From positions 96,001 through 160,000 of the forward strand of contig CAXXMR010000015.1 in NCBI GenBank assembly GCA_963663805.2: a DNA stretch of 64,000 bases, read 5' to 3'. The notes beneath the pieces were generated by a model. The model did not search any database. It worked only from the letters and a program-made list of their open reading frames with translations, and was not told the origin of the DNA. This DNA comes from Sedimentisphaerales bacterium. Its GTDB lineage: Bacteria > Planctomycetota > Phycisphaerae > Sedimentisphaerales > SM23-30. Below are positions 52,208 through 61,792 of the stretch, piece by piece. Position 1 is the first letter of the stretch. Every line of letters starts with the position of its first letter. The position numbers and the translations under genes were made by a program.

Positions 52208-53634
52208 CGCCTTACCGTCACTACCAAGTGTCCCAGCCAGGTCAGCGTCTCTGCCCCGTATTTTGACATGGTAAACCAGGCGGTTGTCAATGCCCCCAAA
52301 GCTGCGGCCACCGTCCCCAGCGGCGTCAGCAATGCCAGGAGCAATCCTTTAATAACTGTCAAGGTCCCGGTCAACAGACTAAACAATCCAAAAGCAACAC
52401 TTAGCGGTAAGGCCATAAGCTTCAAGGCTGTCCCCATACCCATCAGGGCTGCGCCAGCGGCAATGGCACCGACGGTGATGGTCGCCAGCATCATTATAAA
52501 CCCGCGGTGTTGACTGACCCACTTGGATATTATGCCGCTTAATATCTGTAGTTTTTGGGCCCAAAGCCCAAACATGGGCGCTACGCTCTCGCCGATCTCG
52601 ATGGCGATACCCTCAATCGCGCTCCACAGCATCCGCAAGGCCCCGCCCAGGCCGGAGTCCATGATCTGCGCGGTTTTTTCGGCTTTGCCTGCGGCGTTGT
52701 CAATGGCGTTATTGAGCTGAGCGAAAGCTCCCTTGGTGAGCTTCGCTCCACCGGCGACCGCCCGCATCCCAAACAATTCATTGAATATAGCCAGCCGCTT
52801 AGCGTTGGGCATCTTCTCGGTAGCCTGGCCCACATCAGAGAGAACATCTGCCACCTTACGCAAAGCACCTGTAGAATTAGTCGCTTTTATTCCCAGCTTA
52901 GCCAGCTCCGCCTGGATTTTGGGATCGACTAACCGCAGGAGGATATTCTTCATGGTGGTGCCGGCCAGGCTGCCTTTGATCTGGAAGTTGGCCAGGGCCC
53001 CCAGGACCTTGGCGGTATCTTCCAGGGTGAGATTATATTCGGCGGCGATGGGAGCGGTATATTTCATGGCTTCACCCAAATCTGTCAAAGTCTGGGCGGA
53101 ATTATTGGCGGTCGCGGTCAGGACATCAGCCACTCTTCCCATTGCCGTGGCGTTCAGGGCAAACGCCCGTAAGGTCCCGGAGGCAATCAAGGAGGTCTCC
53201 GCCAGATCGGTGGCCGTGGCCCGGGACAGCGCCAAAACGGAGCCGATGGAGTTTTCTATCTCGCGGGGATTGAATCCCTGCCGACCCAGCTCCACCATGC
53301 CCGCGGCGACCTGGGCCGCTGTGAAGGATGTGGTGCGGCCCAGCTCTTTGGCCTTGTCTGTGAGCATTTCGAATTCATCCGCCGTAGCGCCGATCACCGC
53401 CTGGAGCGTGCGCATCTGGTCATCGAACCCGACGAATACTTTAGTGCTCAAAACGAAGGGGGCCGCCATAACCGAACCGAATCTGATAAATTTCCGGCCC
53501 AACTGCTCGATTTTTGCGCCAAACTGCTTCAGACGCTGCTCAGCCAGACGCATACCTCGCACGAGTCTGCTGTTGTCAGCATAAATCTCGACAAAAGCTC
53601 GCCCCGCTCTAATTGCACCTTGGGATATTCCCAT
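52204..53634 (-). CDS. Phage tail tape measure protein (TP901-type core), probably truncated
   Basis: LGRTTSFTAAQVA, LAETSLI, DLGEAMKYTAP, IKGSLAGT, IFNELFG; only 476 aa. Confidence 0.9.
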   Translation of the reverse strand: MGISQGAIRAGRAFVEIYADNSRLVRGMRLAEQRLKQFGAKIEQLGRKFIRFGSVMAAPFVLSTKVFVGFDDQMRTLQAVIGATADEFEMLTDKAKELGRTTSFTAAQVAAGMVELGRQGFNPREIENSIGSVLALSRATATDLAETSLIASGTLRAFALNATAMGRVADVLTATANNSAQTLTDLGEAMKYTAPIAAEYNLTLEDTAKVLGALANFQIKGSLAGTTMKNILLRLVDPKIQAELAKLGIKATNSTGALRKVADVLSDVGQATEKMPNAKRLAIFNELFGMRAVAGGAKLTKGAFAQLNNAIDNAAGKAEKTAQIMDSGLGGALRMLWSAIEGIAIEIGESVAPMFGLWAQKLQILSGIISKWVSQHRGFIMMLATITVGAIAAGAALMGMGTALKLMALPLSVAFGLFSLLTGTLTVIKGLLLALLTPLGTVAAALGALTTAWFTMSKYGAETLTWLGHLVVTVRR

Positions 53635-53636
53635 GT

Positions 53637-53873
53637 CTACTTATCTCGCTTTATCGTCTGTTGGGTTTTTCGGGGTGCCAACGCCTTGAGGATCTGGATA
53701 TTGTCGCTGGTGAGTTTGACGCCATTACTTTTGCAGACTACCTTCTTTTGCGAAAAGGGATTATAATGCCCTGGGGTCACTTTATCTTTCGAGACCACAT
53801 TATGAACCAGGGCCATAAGCGCCGCAGTGTGTTCCCACGCGGCCTTTTCGCAGCCTTCATACATCCAAACCAA
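53637..53873 (-). CDS. Tail assembly chaperone, second (T-like) part
   Basis: Lies between chaperone and tape measure; frame stays open upstream into the chaperone 3' end. Confidence 0.55.
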   Translation of the reverse strand: MVWMYEGCEKAAWEHTAALMALVHNVVSKDKVTPGHYNPFSQKKVVCKSNGVKLTSDNIQILKALAPRKTQQTIKRDK

Positions 53874-53899
53874 TTGTCGCAGCGTGTATGGGTCCGGGT

Positions 53900-54367
53900 C
53901 TATCCCGATGATGCCGGCATATTCATAGATAGTCTGCCAAATTCTTGCTGAAGCTGCTCTTCCAGGTCCAGGCTCTCCACCTGCTGAGTGACCTGCCCGA
54001 TCGCCAGGTTCAGACCTTTTTGCAGCTTGGTGATTAGCGCGGCCCGGTCCCGGCGACCGCTCTGCCGGAAAAAATCGATGAGAGCCTCCGTAAAGGCCGC
54101 CTGGGCCTGCAGGACCGCTTCGCCGCCCATCAGTTCACCAAATTCCAGATCGCTGACCCCGGCTTCATCAGCCTGGGGTTTACAGATGGCGTAGAGTACA
54201 TCCACCAAAAAAGCGATATCAGTAGTCAAACGCACACACAAGGGCGGATCGCCCTGGTCGAGGGCGAACAGGTCAACCCCGGCCAGTAATTCCCGGACCC
54301 GCTTGACCGTGCCGACCGTCATAACGAGGGACCACTGCCTGCCGTTTATATCCTTGAAACTTGCCAT
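53900..54367 (-). CDS. Tail assembly chaperone (G-like)
   Basis: Position upstream of the tape measure; EALIDFFR motif. Confidence 0.6.
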   Translation of the reverse strand: MASFKDINGRQWSLVMTVGTVKRVRELLAGVDLFALDQGDPPLCVRLTTDIAFLVDVLYAICKPQADEAGVSDLEFGELMGGEAVLQAQAAFTEALIDFFRQSGRRDRAALITKLQKGLNLAIGQVTQQVESLDLEEQLQQEFGRLSMNMPASSG

Positions 54368-54376
54368 ATTTAATCC

Positions 54377-54709
54377 TCATTCATCTGCCAGGCAATACCA
54401 GCCTTCCGGTAAGTCCATCCGGCTGGCGCTGGTATTGCCCGCATCGTCTTTAACCCATACTTTAACGTTCTTGACCGTTTCCCGCAGTCGCACCGGCGTA
54501 CCATCAGGAACATAGATGGTGCGCTGGCCGCAACCGGCCAACATGAACACCAGCGGCCAGACAATCCAGGTACATCTAATTTTTGCCCGCAGACGCTGCG
54601 TAAGTTCTGACTGCGGGGCGGCGTCAACACAGGAAGGTTGCGTGTTTTTCAAAAGCACCGGCAGCAGCAGCTTCACCAGTTGGGCCAAAATCAAAATCAA
54701 GGTATTCAC
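54377..54709 (-). CDS. Phage membrane protein/lipoprotein (spanin-like?)
   Basis: N-terminal hydrophobic helix plus internal hydrophobic stretch ending in LAGC. Confidence 0.45.
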   Translation of the reverse strand: MNTLILILAQLVKLLLPVLLKNTQPSCVDAAPQSELTQRLRAKIRCTWIVWPLVFMLAGCGQRTIYVPDGTPVRLRETVKNVKVWVKDDAGNTSASRMDLPEGWYCLADE

Positions 54710-54784
54710 ATCAAACCTCGCTCATAAAACAGTCATTAGTCTACAGTATTCTTCTGCTGAAAACTGATTTCTGACCTCTGACAA

Positions 54785-55129
54785 CTATTTCGTCAGTACT
54801 CCCGTCGCTTCCAGTTCGGCATGTTTAACCTGAATCCCTTCACGCAGTTCAGCTTCTACCTGCGTGGTGGCGCGTTTACCGTTGAGCTCCTGATAAATCC
54901 GCAAAACATAATTCAAGGCGGTATCGAGTTTCGCCAGGGATTTATTGGAAACGTCATTCGGGATTTGCTTTTCCGCGTACTTGATCGCCGCGATGATCGT
55001 CCCTTCATACTGCAGCCAGGCGGGCCTCGCGCCGTAGAGTTTATTGAGCAGCCATAAAAAGACGCCCGCTAAAAACGTGATGCCCACGGGAGAGTTGACA
55101 GCCTGCCAGATCATGCTTAGATATTCCAT
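54785..55129 (-). CDS. Holin-like membrane protein
   Basis: One N-terminal TM helix, then AAIKYAEK...KLDTAL, resembling LL-H-type holins. Confidence 0.5.
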   Translation of the reverse strand: MEYLSMIWQAVNSPVGITFLAGVFLWLLNKLYGARPAWLQYEGTIIAAIKYAEKQIPNDVSNKSLAKLDTALNYVLRIYQELNGKRATTQVEAELREGIQVKHAELEATGVLTK

Positions 55130-55203
55130 AGTAATGTGCTCCTTGGGTTAAATGTCTGTAAAAGTTAAATGTTATCTGCCGTTACGGGTTTTGACCTATA
55201 TCC

Positions 55204-55650
55204 TTATGAGGAGACAGTTACCCACGTCGGGGGAGTATCCGAATAGGCCGGTTTGATAGTGACGTTGACGGTGAGCGCCTCTTCCAGCGGCTCGTTCCGG
55301 GTGAAATTGGTGACCTCGAAATCGGCCTGGAGACCCTGGCTCCCGGCGGTGTCAATATCACCATCCATAATCGCAAACGCCAGCGGCGTATCACCGAAAT
55401 AAGCGGTCTGGATCGCGGTAAATCCGGCATCGGCGGTATCCCAGACCATCTGGAACTCGACACTGCCATCCTTTAAGGTGGCGGCGATGGCTCGCCAGCC
55501 GTTATTGCCGCGGGTACTGACATCGGATTCACCTTTTTCCAGGTTCAGCGTAACATCCTTAACGTTAGTCATTTCCACAAACGAGGGAGTGTCACCCATT
55601 AAGGTGGCACTATAATAAAGCTTTGCGTCTTTACCGAGTTTCTTGCCCAT
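55204..55650 (-). CDS. Phage major tail (tube) protein
   Basis: DVSTRGNNGW...TLKDGSVEF, VTNFTRNEPLEE; tail module position. Confidence 0.8.
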   Translation of the reverse strand: MGKKLGKDAKLYYSATLMGDTPSFVEMTNVKDVTLNLEKGESDVSTRGNNGWRAIAATLKDGSVEFQMVWDTADAGFTAIQTAYFGDTPLAFAIMDGDIDTAGSQGLQADFEVTNFTRNEPLEEALTVNVTIKPAYSDTPPTWVTVSS

Positions 55651-55671
55651 TGTTCAGCTCCTTATAAAACA

Positions 55672-55771
55672 CAGTCTTCTGGAACAGTCTTCAGTCTCCA
55701 GTCCTCGGTCCTCAGGGAAGGAGTCAACAGTCTTTTTCTTTGCCGTTGCTGAAGACTGAAGACTGAGGACT
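55672..55771. repeat. Palindromic element built from heptamer repeats (CAGTCYY arm / RRGACTG arm)
   Basis: CAGTCTTCAGTCTCCAGTCCTCGGTCCTCAG...CTGAAGACTGAAGACTGAGGACT; related copy inside the portal gene. Confidence 0.75.
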
Positions 55772-56207
55772 AATTTATCGAGTCTTTCCACATATCCGGG
55801 AGTTTGGGTTGTTCTTTAGCCAGCGCTGGGCCCATAAACGGCCGGGCCTTAACTTTTATCTTTCGCCGGCCGCGTCCGCGATAACCAGTCACCTGCGAGG
55901 TACCGCCATATTCCAGAACTTCCGGTATCCCGGCATTTTTAGCATTGAGAGCCGTTGGCCCGACAAGCACGGAACGATTATTCCGGTCATAACCAAAGAA
56001 AATATTCCGCTTCAATAACCCGGTATGACTGCTGGGCGGCTGACCTGCTGCGGAGATTCGCTTGCGTTTGCGGATACTGCTGCGGGCCGCCTGACGGACA
56101 TAAGCCCCGAAGCGACTCAATACCCGCGCCGTGGTACGATCAACGCCCCGTATGACCTTGCGGTCAAAAAACATCGTTTTGGCCTGCTCGAGCTTGATAC
56201 CTATCAT
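55770..56207 (-). CDS. Phage neck/tail-completion protein (HK97 gp10-like)
   Basis: TGLLKRNI, LEYGG, ARPFMGPA. Confidence 0.7.
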   Translation of the reverse strand: MIGIKLEQAKTMFFDRKVIRGVDRTTARVLSRFGAYVRQAARSSIRKRKRISAAGQPPSSHTGLLKRNIFFGYDRNNRSVLVGPTALNAKNAGIPEVLEYGGTSQVTGYRGRGRRKIKVKARPFMGPALAKEQPKLPDMWKDSIN

Positions 56208-56629
56208 GCCAGCACCCGGTACGTGAGCGTGAGGATACTGGTAAAGCTGCGTTTATCCTGGAGATGCTCGGGGGCGTAAATGGGGTCATTGACTATCTTC
56301 ACCCAGCGGGCCGCTGGGTATGCCGTCAAGCTGTGATCATCCAGATAATCGATAATCTCCTGCACCAAGCCCATCAGAGCATCACAGTCGGCATCGTCCG
56401 AAATGCGTTTTTGCACCGCGATATCGATATCATAATCGATCTGTCGGCAGCCGCGCCCGGCGATGCTGCGTTCCAGACTGCGGGGCACTACCGTCACCTG
56501 CAATTCGGCCAGTTCCTTCAGCTCAAACTCCGGGCGGTATTTGCGCAGGGCCGTGAAGGCCTGACTGAAGCTGCCATCGTTTAGCTCGGCGACAACCGCA
56601 TCAGCAATATCAATTACTTCTGAACTCAT
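56204..56629 (-). CDS. Phage tail terminator-like protein
   Basis: Acidic 141-aa protein in the neck region; IADAVVAEL...DIAVQ. Confidence 0.55.
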   Translation of the reverse strand: MSSEVIDIADAVVAELNDGSFSQAFTALRKYRPEFELKELAELQVTVVPRSLERSIAGRGCRQIDYDIDIAVQKRISDDADCDALMGLVQEIIDYLDDHSLTAYPAARWVKIVNDPIYAPEHLQDKRSFTSILTLTYRVLA

Positions 56630-56850
56630 CTAAACATCCATCCCGCCACAGCGGCGATAAGCGCACCCAGACATAACCAGAACAAACGCCCCATGAACTT
56701 ATGCCGGGCTTCCAGGTTGGAAATCCGCTGTTCGTGTCCGGGCTTGCCGTTACCGCGCAGGGCCTCATCCAGTTTATCCAGCTTGGTATGCAGCCGATCA
56801 AATTCATGGCGGCAGACACTTTCGTATTGATTCTCGGGACATTCGCTCAT
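56626..56850 (-). CDS. Small phage protein, coiled coil + C-terminal TM
   Basis: LRGNGKPG..RISNLE followed by a hydrophobic tail. Confidence 0.55.
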   Translation of the reverse strand: MSECPENQYESVCRHEFDRLHTKLDKLDEALRGNGKPGHEQRISNLEARHKFMGRLFWLCLGALIAAVAGWMFR

Positions 56851-57206
56851 GTGCTATGTACTTCCTTACTATGAATTCGCAGTGTCGTGTGGTAAGGGTC
56901 ACTCCAGCGATAATGGCCCTGGCCCGAAAGTGACATCACCTCGTAAACCTGACTGTCGCTGACGATTTTATCACCAACCTGAGGTTCCGTAAAAGTGGGC
57001 GTGAACTCTTCGGCCAGTATCAAAAAATCTGCCACCTGAACCATCAGCCGCACCCCGTAATCATCCTCAACTTCATACTCGCTGCGTCCGATGGTGGCGT
57101 TAATTACCAGTTCCGTAGCACCGCGACGGTAGGTAACCGGGCTGGAACAGTGCGCCCGGCGCTGCTGTTCCAACCACTGACTACCCTGTCTCAATAAATC
57201 GCCCAT
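56847..57206 (-). CDS. Head-tail joining (head closure-like) protein
   Basis: PQVGDKIV...VYEV; position after the capsid genes. Confidence 0.6.
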   Translation of the reverse strand: MGDLLRQGSQWLEQQRRAHCSSPVTYRRGATELVINATIGRSEYEVEDDYGVRLMVQVADFLILAEEFTPTFTEPQVGDKIVSDSQVYEVMSLSGQGHYRWSDPYHTTLRIHSKEVHST

Positions 57207-57222
57207 GATTCATCCCCGGCCA

Positions 57223-57912
57223 TTAAACCGTACTCAAAGCCACACCGTCGTTACCCACAACCTTCCACTTGAGATCGCCGCTGATCGTGATCGCCACCAG
57301 CTGGATAGTGTCGCCGGCGTCGGCGAAGGTAAGTGTATTGTTGCCCGTTACATTGACCGCACTGGCAGCCGTGATTACCACATTGCCGCCGTCGGTATCC
57401 AGGGCCAGCAGAAGCTCCTGGCCCAGGAAGCTGGGATCGGCCAGCGTTCGGGTCTCGGCATCGGCGCTAACGAGCATACAGCTGCCGCCTGAGGTAACGG
57501 GGATAGCCTCGCCATCACCCGGGTCAGCGATCAGCGTCTGATAGACATTGTCGAGATACGCCGCGGGGATCAGCTTCACATCCACCGTAGTGTCGGTCTC
57601 CGCTACCGCCGCGACCACCAGGCCCGCCAGCGTGTTCCCGGACAAGGTCGCCGTCGCGGCCCCGGTCCCGACCGAACCGCCGTAGGGGTTGCCATCTGCA
57701 TCCCAGTAGGCCTTGGCACCTAGAGATAATGATTCATTTTTCTTGGGCAGTCGTACTATGCCCTCGATGGTCAATGCCCCCAGGGTGCTGGCCGCGATGT
57801 CATTGGCAGCGACGCCGATCATGTTTGTCAGATCGATCACATCACCGCCAGTTACCGCCGCCGACGGGGTGTAATCAATAGCCTTACCTTCTTGAATAAA
57901 TTGCGCCTGCAT
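57223..57912 (-). CDS. DUF2190-family capsid-associated protein with C-terminal extension
   Basis: FIQEGKAIDYTP...GVAANDIAA...GALTIEG...YWDA. Confidence 0.8.
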   Translation of the reverse strand: MQAQFIQEGKAIDYTPSAAVTGGDVIDLTNMIGVAANDIAASTLGALTIEGIVRLPKKNESLSLGAKAYWDADGNPYGGSVGTGAATATLSGNTLAGLVVAAVAETDTTVDVKLIPAAYLDNVYQTLIADPGDGEAIPVTSGGSCMLVSADAETRTLADPSFLGQELLLALDTDGGNVVITAASAVNVTGNNTLTFADAGDTIQLVAITISGDLKWKVVGNDGVALSTV

Positions 57913-57962
57913 AATAAACTCCTATGTTTTTGATTTTCTCAATAACTGAACAAATACCTGCC

Positions 57963-59963
57963 TTACGCCTCACCTTTCATCTTGACGCAACCGCGGGGAT
58001 CCTGTTCCCGCACCCCAAAATCAATGAACCCGCGGAACTGGATGCCCAGGGTATTGAAGTCCGCTTCAGCTCGTTCGACGGTGGGCCGATCGACACCGTT
58101 GAGGAACGCCACCTCCAGGGCCGCCAGACGATTGGGATCGGCAAAGAGATACCAGGCCTTGGTACTGTTACCGGTGAAGGCGGCGTTACCCAAATACGAG
58201 GAGACCGCCACCTCGAACTTACCGGCATGGGGGTTATCCACCGGCTTGGGCTTATTGGCGGTGGTAGTCTCGTTGAGCTTCAGGCTACTCATCAATAATT
58301 GAGCTTGCACCTTGAGGGCATTGGGTACCAGCAGATAACGCGGGGCAATCGCCAGCGGCCGTCCGTTGGGCTTGGTCTGGTCCAGGAACAATAGTTCAGC
58401 TGCCGTCAGGCCATCGATACTCAGGGCCGTATCGGCACCGGCGGCATAATTCTTATTGCCGCTGCTGAAAAAACTGCCCGGGTTCGATAACAGCAGAGCC
58501 CAGACCGCCTCGGCAATCGCTTCCGCTGCGCCCATACCCAGCCGACGCGGCACATCCATGAACGCCGCCAGGTCATCGTTGATGATCGTCTGGCGGGTCA
58601 GACTGAACATAATCCCGTGGGTATCGGCCTGGTTGGAGAAGGTCTGTTCACCGACCTTGCCGTGTTTGAGTTCACCGTCAGCGCCTACCTTCTGGAACTT
58701 AAAATCATCGGTGAGGCGGTACCGCGTATGCTGCTTGAAGTCGCTGACCGTGGCGATCTTGCAGATCTGCCACCAGACATCCTCCACGTAATTGTAGCCT
58801 TCCAGCAGCATTTTATTGGCGACATTCGAGAGAATACCCGGCAGCGACAAAGTCGAGAACGCCGCCTGAATGAAATCCGTTCCCGTCCCGGCGAAATGGG
58901 GCAACTCGCGCCCCTCAGCGCGGGCACACAAACGGAAGAATTCCTGGATACCAATCCCACGATAGCGGTCGGCCTCATTCAGAGCCCGCTCCCCGTAAGC
59001 CTTGAGCATGACAGCTTCATCAGCCTGACCCGCCAGGGCCGCGGTAGCCAGCAGGATATTGCGATCCAGCTGCGGCGTGGAAGTTTTTACCGCCGGAGCC
59101 TTCGGGCGGGCCGCGCGAAGTACCTCCAGCTCACAGCGGCTGGTATCCCAACCCGATTCGATGGCGTTGGCTTCGATCTCGGGATATTCACCGTTACAAA
59201 TTTGACGAATCGCCTGAATACGGCGGGTTTCGATGGCGATTCGCTGACGCATCTGGGCTACCGGATCGGGCTGCTTCGGGGCCTGAGCCTCGATCTTCTC
59301 GGGGACGGTTTGTTCGGGTTGCGGTTCCTGCTCCTTTTCGTGCTGCACTTCGTTTTCAGTTGGTGTCTCGGTTTTCGTCACGGACTCTTCAGCCACTTTT
59401 TCATCCTGATTCTTTTCCTGCACCTGTTCTTCCTCTCTGGCCTTCGCGGCCACCTTTACGCTGGTATTAGTATCTGCACCTGAATCCACGAAACTTATCT
59501 CCTTCAAAATAGATTTACGCACTACATACAAAGGACCGGCAAAGGTCCTGCCGTTTACCTGTACCTGATTCCCCGGAGGGATAAACTCCGCCTCGATGAT
59601 GCGAGCCCCAATACTGGCCTGCCAGGGAAAGCCGTTCTTACCGCTGCGAATGACGTCCCGGGCCCAGCTGGTATCTCTGCTGATAAGCCCCTCGGCACTG
59701 ACGATACCGCCCTCGATGGCCACCCGTTCGGTATGGCCCACGCCCTGGCGGGCGTTATGATCCAGGCGGATGGGCAGGTTCTGACGCTCGATGGAGAGCC
59801 CTGCCAGGTCCACCACCACCGGATGATCAAAACCGGCGATAATCATCTCCCCGCCCGTATATGCGACCATATTAAAACGCGGCACAGAGTCATCACCTCC
59901 GGCGGCCTCGATCTTCAAGGTGCATTCGAATTTAATATCCTGGGGCAACTCATTCTTCTTCAT
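57963..59963 (-). CDS. Prohead protease-scaffold-major capsid fusion (Mu gpT-like capsid)
   Basis: N-terminal AYTGG...LDH...WQASIG...EISFVDSGAD protease, acidic linker, capsid SLTRQTIINDDL, PRYLLVP, IDFGV. Confidence 0.88.
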   Translation of the reverse strand: MKKNELPQDIKFECTLKIEAAGGDDSVPRFNMVAYTGGEMIIAGFDHPVVVDLAGLSIERQNLPIRLDHNARQGVGHTERVAIEGGIVSAEGLISRDTSWARDVIRSGKNGFPWQASIGARIIEAEFIPPGNQVQVNGRTFAGPLYVVRKSILKEISFVDSGADTNTSVKVAAKAREEEQVQEKNQDEKVAEESVTKTETPTENEVQHEKEQEPQPEQTVPEKIEAQAPKQPDPVAQMRQRIAIETRRIQAIRQICNGEYPEIEANAIESGWDTSRCELEVLRAARPKAPAVKTSTPQLDRNILLATAALAGQADEAVMLKAYGERALNEADRYRGIGIQEFFRLCARAEGRELPHFAGTGTDFIQAAFSTLSLPGILSNVANKMLLEGYNYVEDVWWQICKIATVSDFKQHTRYRLTDDFKFQKVGADGELKHGKVGEQTFSNQADTHGIMFSLTRQTIINDDLAAFMDVPRRLGMGAAEAIAEAVWALLLSNPGSFFSSGNKNYAAGADTALSIDGLTAAELLFLDQTKPNGRPLAIAPRYLLVPNALKVQAQLLMSSLKLNETTTANKPKPVDNPHAGKFEVAVSSYLGNAAFTGNSTKAWYLFADPNRLAALEVAFLNGVDRPTVERAEADFNTLGIQFRGFIDFGVREQDPRGCVKMKGEA

Positions 59964-61459
59964 CTGCGTTCTCCGTATTATTTACAGGGACAGTTACTTC
60001 GGTTTCGTTTAAGCCTAATTCAGCCATAAGCTTTTTCTCTTTGGCCCGCTGCTGCAGCTCCGTCTCCCAGTCTTTACCCTGGCGGGCGTATTCGGCGGCC
60101 AGAGTGGTAGTGTTTGATTTGAGACGGATCTCCTGGGCCCGCGCTTCCTTAGCCGGATCGACATGTTCGCTGCCATCGAAGAACCACTGATGCGGCAGGA
60201 ATGAGTCTTTAGTCTTCAGTCTCCAGTCCTCAGAATCAGTCCCCAGTCTCCAGTCCTCGGTCCTCAGGGGTGGGGTATCTTGCTGTTGCTGAAGACGGAG
60301 GACTGAGGACTGTAGACTGTAGACTGTTGTGAAGTCTATATTCACGCCACCAGGCCGTGAATATTTTATCCAGAACCACCGTAGCCATATCCGCCTGCTC
60401 CACCCGGATACTCTTATAGTAAGTCTGATGATCCAAGCGCCCCGAGGCATAGTTGTAACCCGAGGAATTACACGCCGCGATATTAAACGGCAGGTTCAGA
60501 CAGCGGGCGATCTCATTGAGGATTTCGTGTTTGAACTCCGAGTAGGTGGTGCCGGGTTGTTCGGCCTTGATCTGGCCCAGCTTCCAGCCGTCCGGTAGAG
60601 TCGTCGCCATGCGTTTTTCCAGCTCGACGATATCCATGGGCTCTACGGAGGCGGCTTCGCCGTTGGCCGGGGCGTCGGTATAAAGTACCGCCGCAAAATC
60701 CGCGGCTGTCTCGGCGGCACCCAAGACGGCCAGGGTATAACGCCGCAACTGGGCAAATAGCGGCAGGGCGGGCGTAACTTCCGGGATACCCCGATGCTGA
60801 CCGGGCCGATCTTTGCGGAACCAGTGCACTACCGCATCGGCATTAACCCTCTGGAAATCATCAAACCGAAACTGCAGCTCACCGGGATGATTTTTGAGGA
60901 TATAATAAGCGGCCGGGTTACCGAATCTATCCAGTTCAATACCATCGACGTTATTATTGAGCGTTGCATAACGCCAGGGCAAAGTTACTCGCTCAGCCTC
61001 TACCAGGTGGACATCCAGCTTGACTGGCCCGGTGAGTCGATGGTTAGCTGTCAGCACCGCAAAACCTTCACCGTCAGTAGATTTGGCCATACGCAAGGTT
61101 CTTAGTTTAGCGGCCAGTTCAATATCGTGAGCCCAGCTCATAAAGGCGGTTTCTACACGACGGTTCAGATCGGCATTTTCGGTAAGAACCTGCAAACGCG
61201 GGCCGGTACCCACGCAGTCATTAGCCAGAGTCAAAATGATACCTTTGGCATAAGAGTTATTGGCGACTTCATAGCGGCTACGCTGGCGGAGTTTACCGCG
61301 AACCTCCGGGCTGGCGGCCGCATCGGCAGAGAGAGCATCAGCCATAGCCCAGTGCCGGGCGTTCTCAGCGGTAGTTTGCGCTGCGTCATAACGGGCCTGC
61401 AACCGAACCGGAATACTCCGGGCAATTTGATTATTGTTTTTACGTTTAAACCATTTCAT
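59950..61459 (-). CDS. Lambda-family portal protein, split by a +1 frameshift within a repeat insertion (60205-60330)
   Basis: RYEVANNSYA, DGIELD..G.P..Y, RPGQHRGIP, NYASGRLD; the C-terminus (PHQWFFDG..VDPAKEA) is in the next frame. Confidence 0.88.
60205..60330. repeat. Heptamer-based palindromic element inside the portal gene
   Basis: AGTCTTT/AGTCTTC/AGTCTCC/AGTCCTC arm and inverted GACTGAG/GACTGTA arm; exact TAGACTG x2 at 60313-60326. Confidence 0.8.
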
Positions 61460-61463
61460 GAAA

Positions 61464-61661
61464 TTAGCAGCTGCCTCCCGGCGATAATTTATTAAACTTC
61501 AAACCCAGACCTTTCTGAGCGACGGCTTTTTTTGATTCCAGAAATTTATCCGCGGCGATCTGATCCGGCAGAGAATGCTGCTCGACACTACCCGAATCGC
61601 CGCTGGCTTTTCGCGGGCCGTTGGCGTTATCGCGAATTGAGGTGTCAAGTTCGTCAGTCAT
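61464..61661 (-). CDS. Small head-completion (gpW-position) protein
   Basis: GPRKASGDSGSVEQHSLPDQIAADKFL; directly upstream of the portal. Confidence 0.65.
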   Translation of the reverse strand: MTDELDTSIRDNANGPRKASGDSGSVEQHSLPDQIAADKFLESKKAVAQKGLGLKFNKLSPGGSC

Positions 61662-61681
61662 ATAAATCTCCGGCAGGTGTC

Positions 61682-61738
61682 AAAAAAAGTAAGGCCGCTA
61701 TTAGACAATTACCCGGTGAAATCGCAATCTGGCGGGAG
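61682..61738 (-). promoter_or_regulatory. Conserved upstream element, copy 2
   Basis: Reverse complement of 12605-12660, including the exact 24-mer and CTCCCGCCA at the same 8-nt spacing. Confidence 0.7.
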
Positions 61739-61792
61739 ATTCTGAGAAAAAATAAAAATCATTACGCATATAGAACCTGAACGGTTTTTTTC

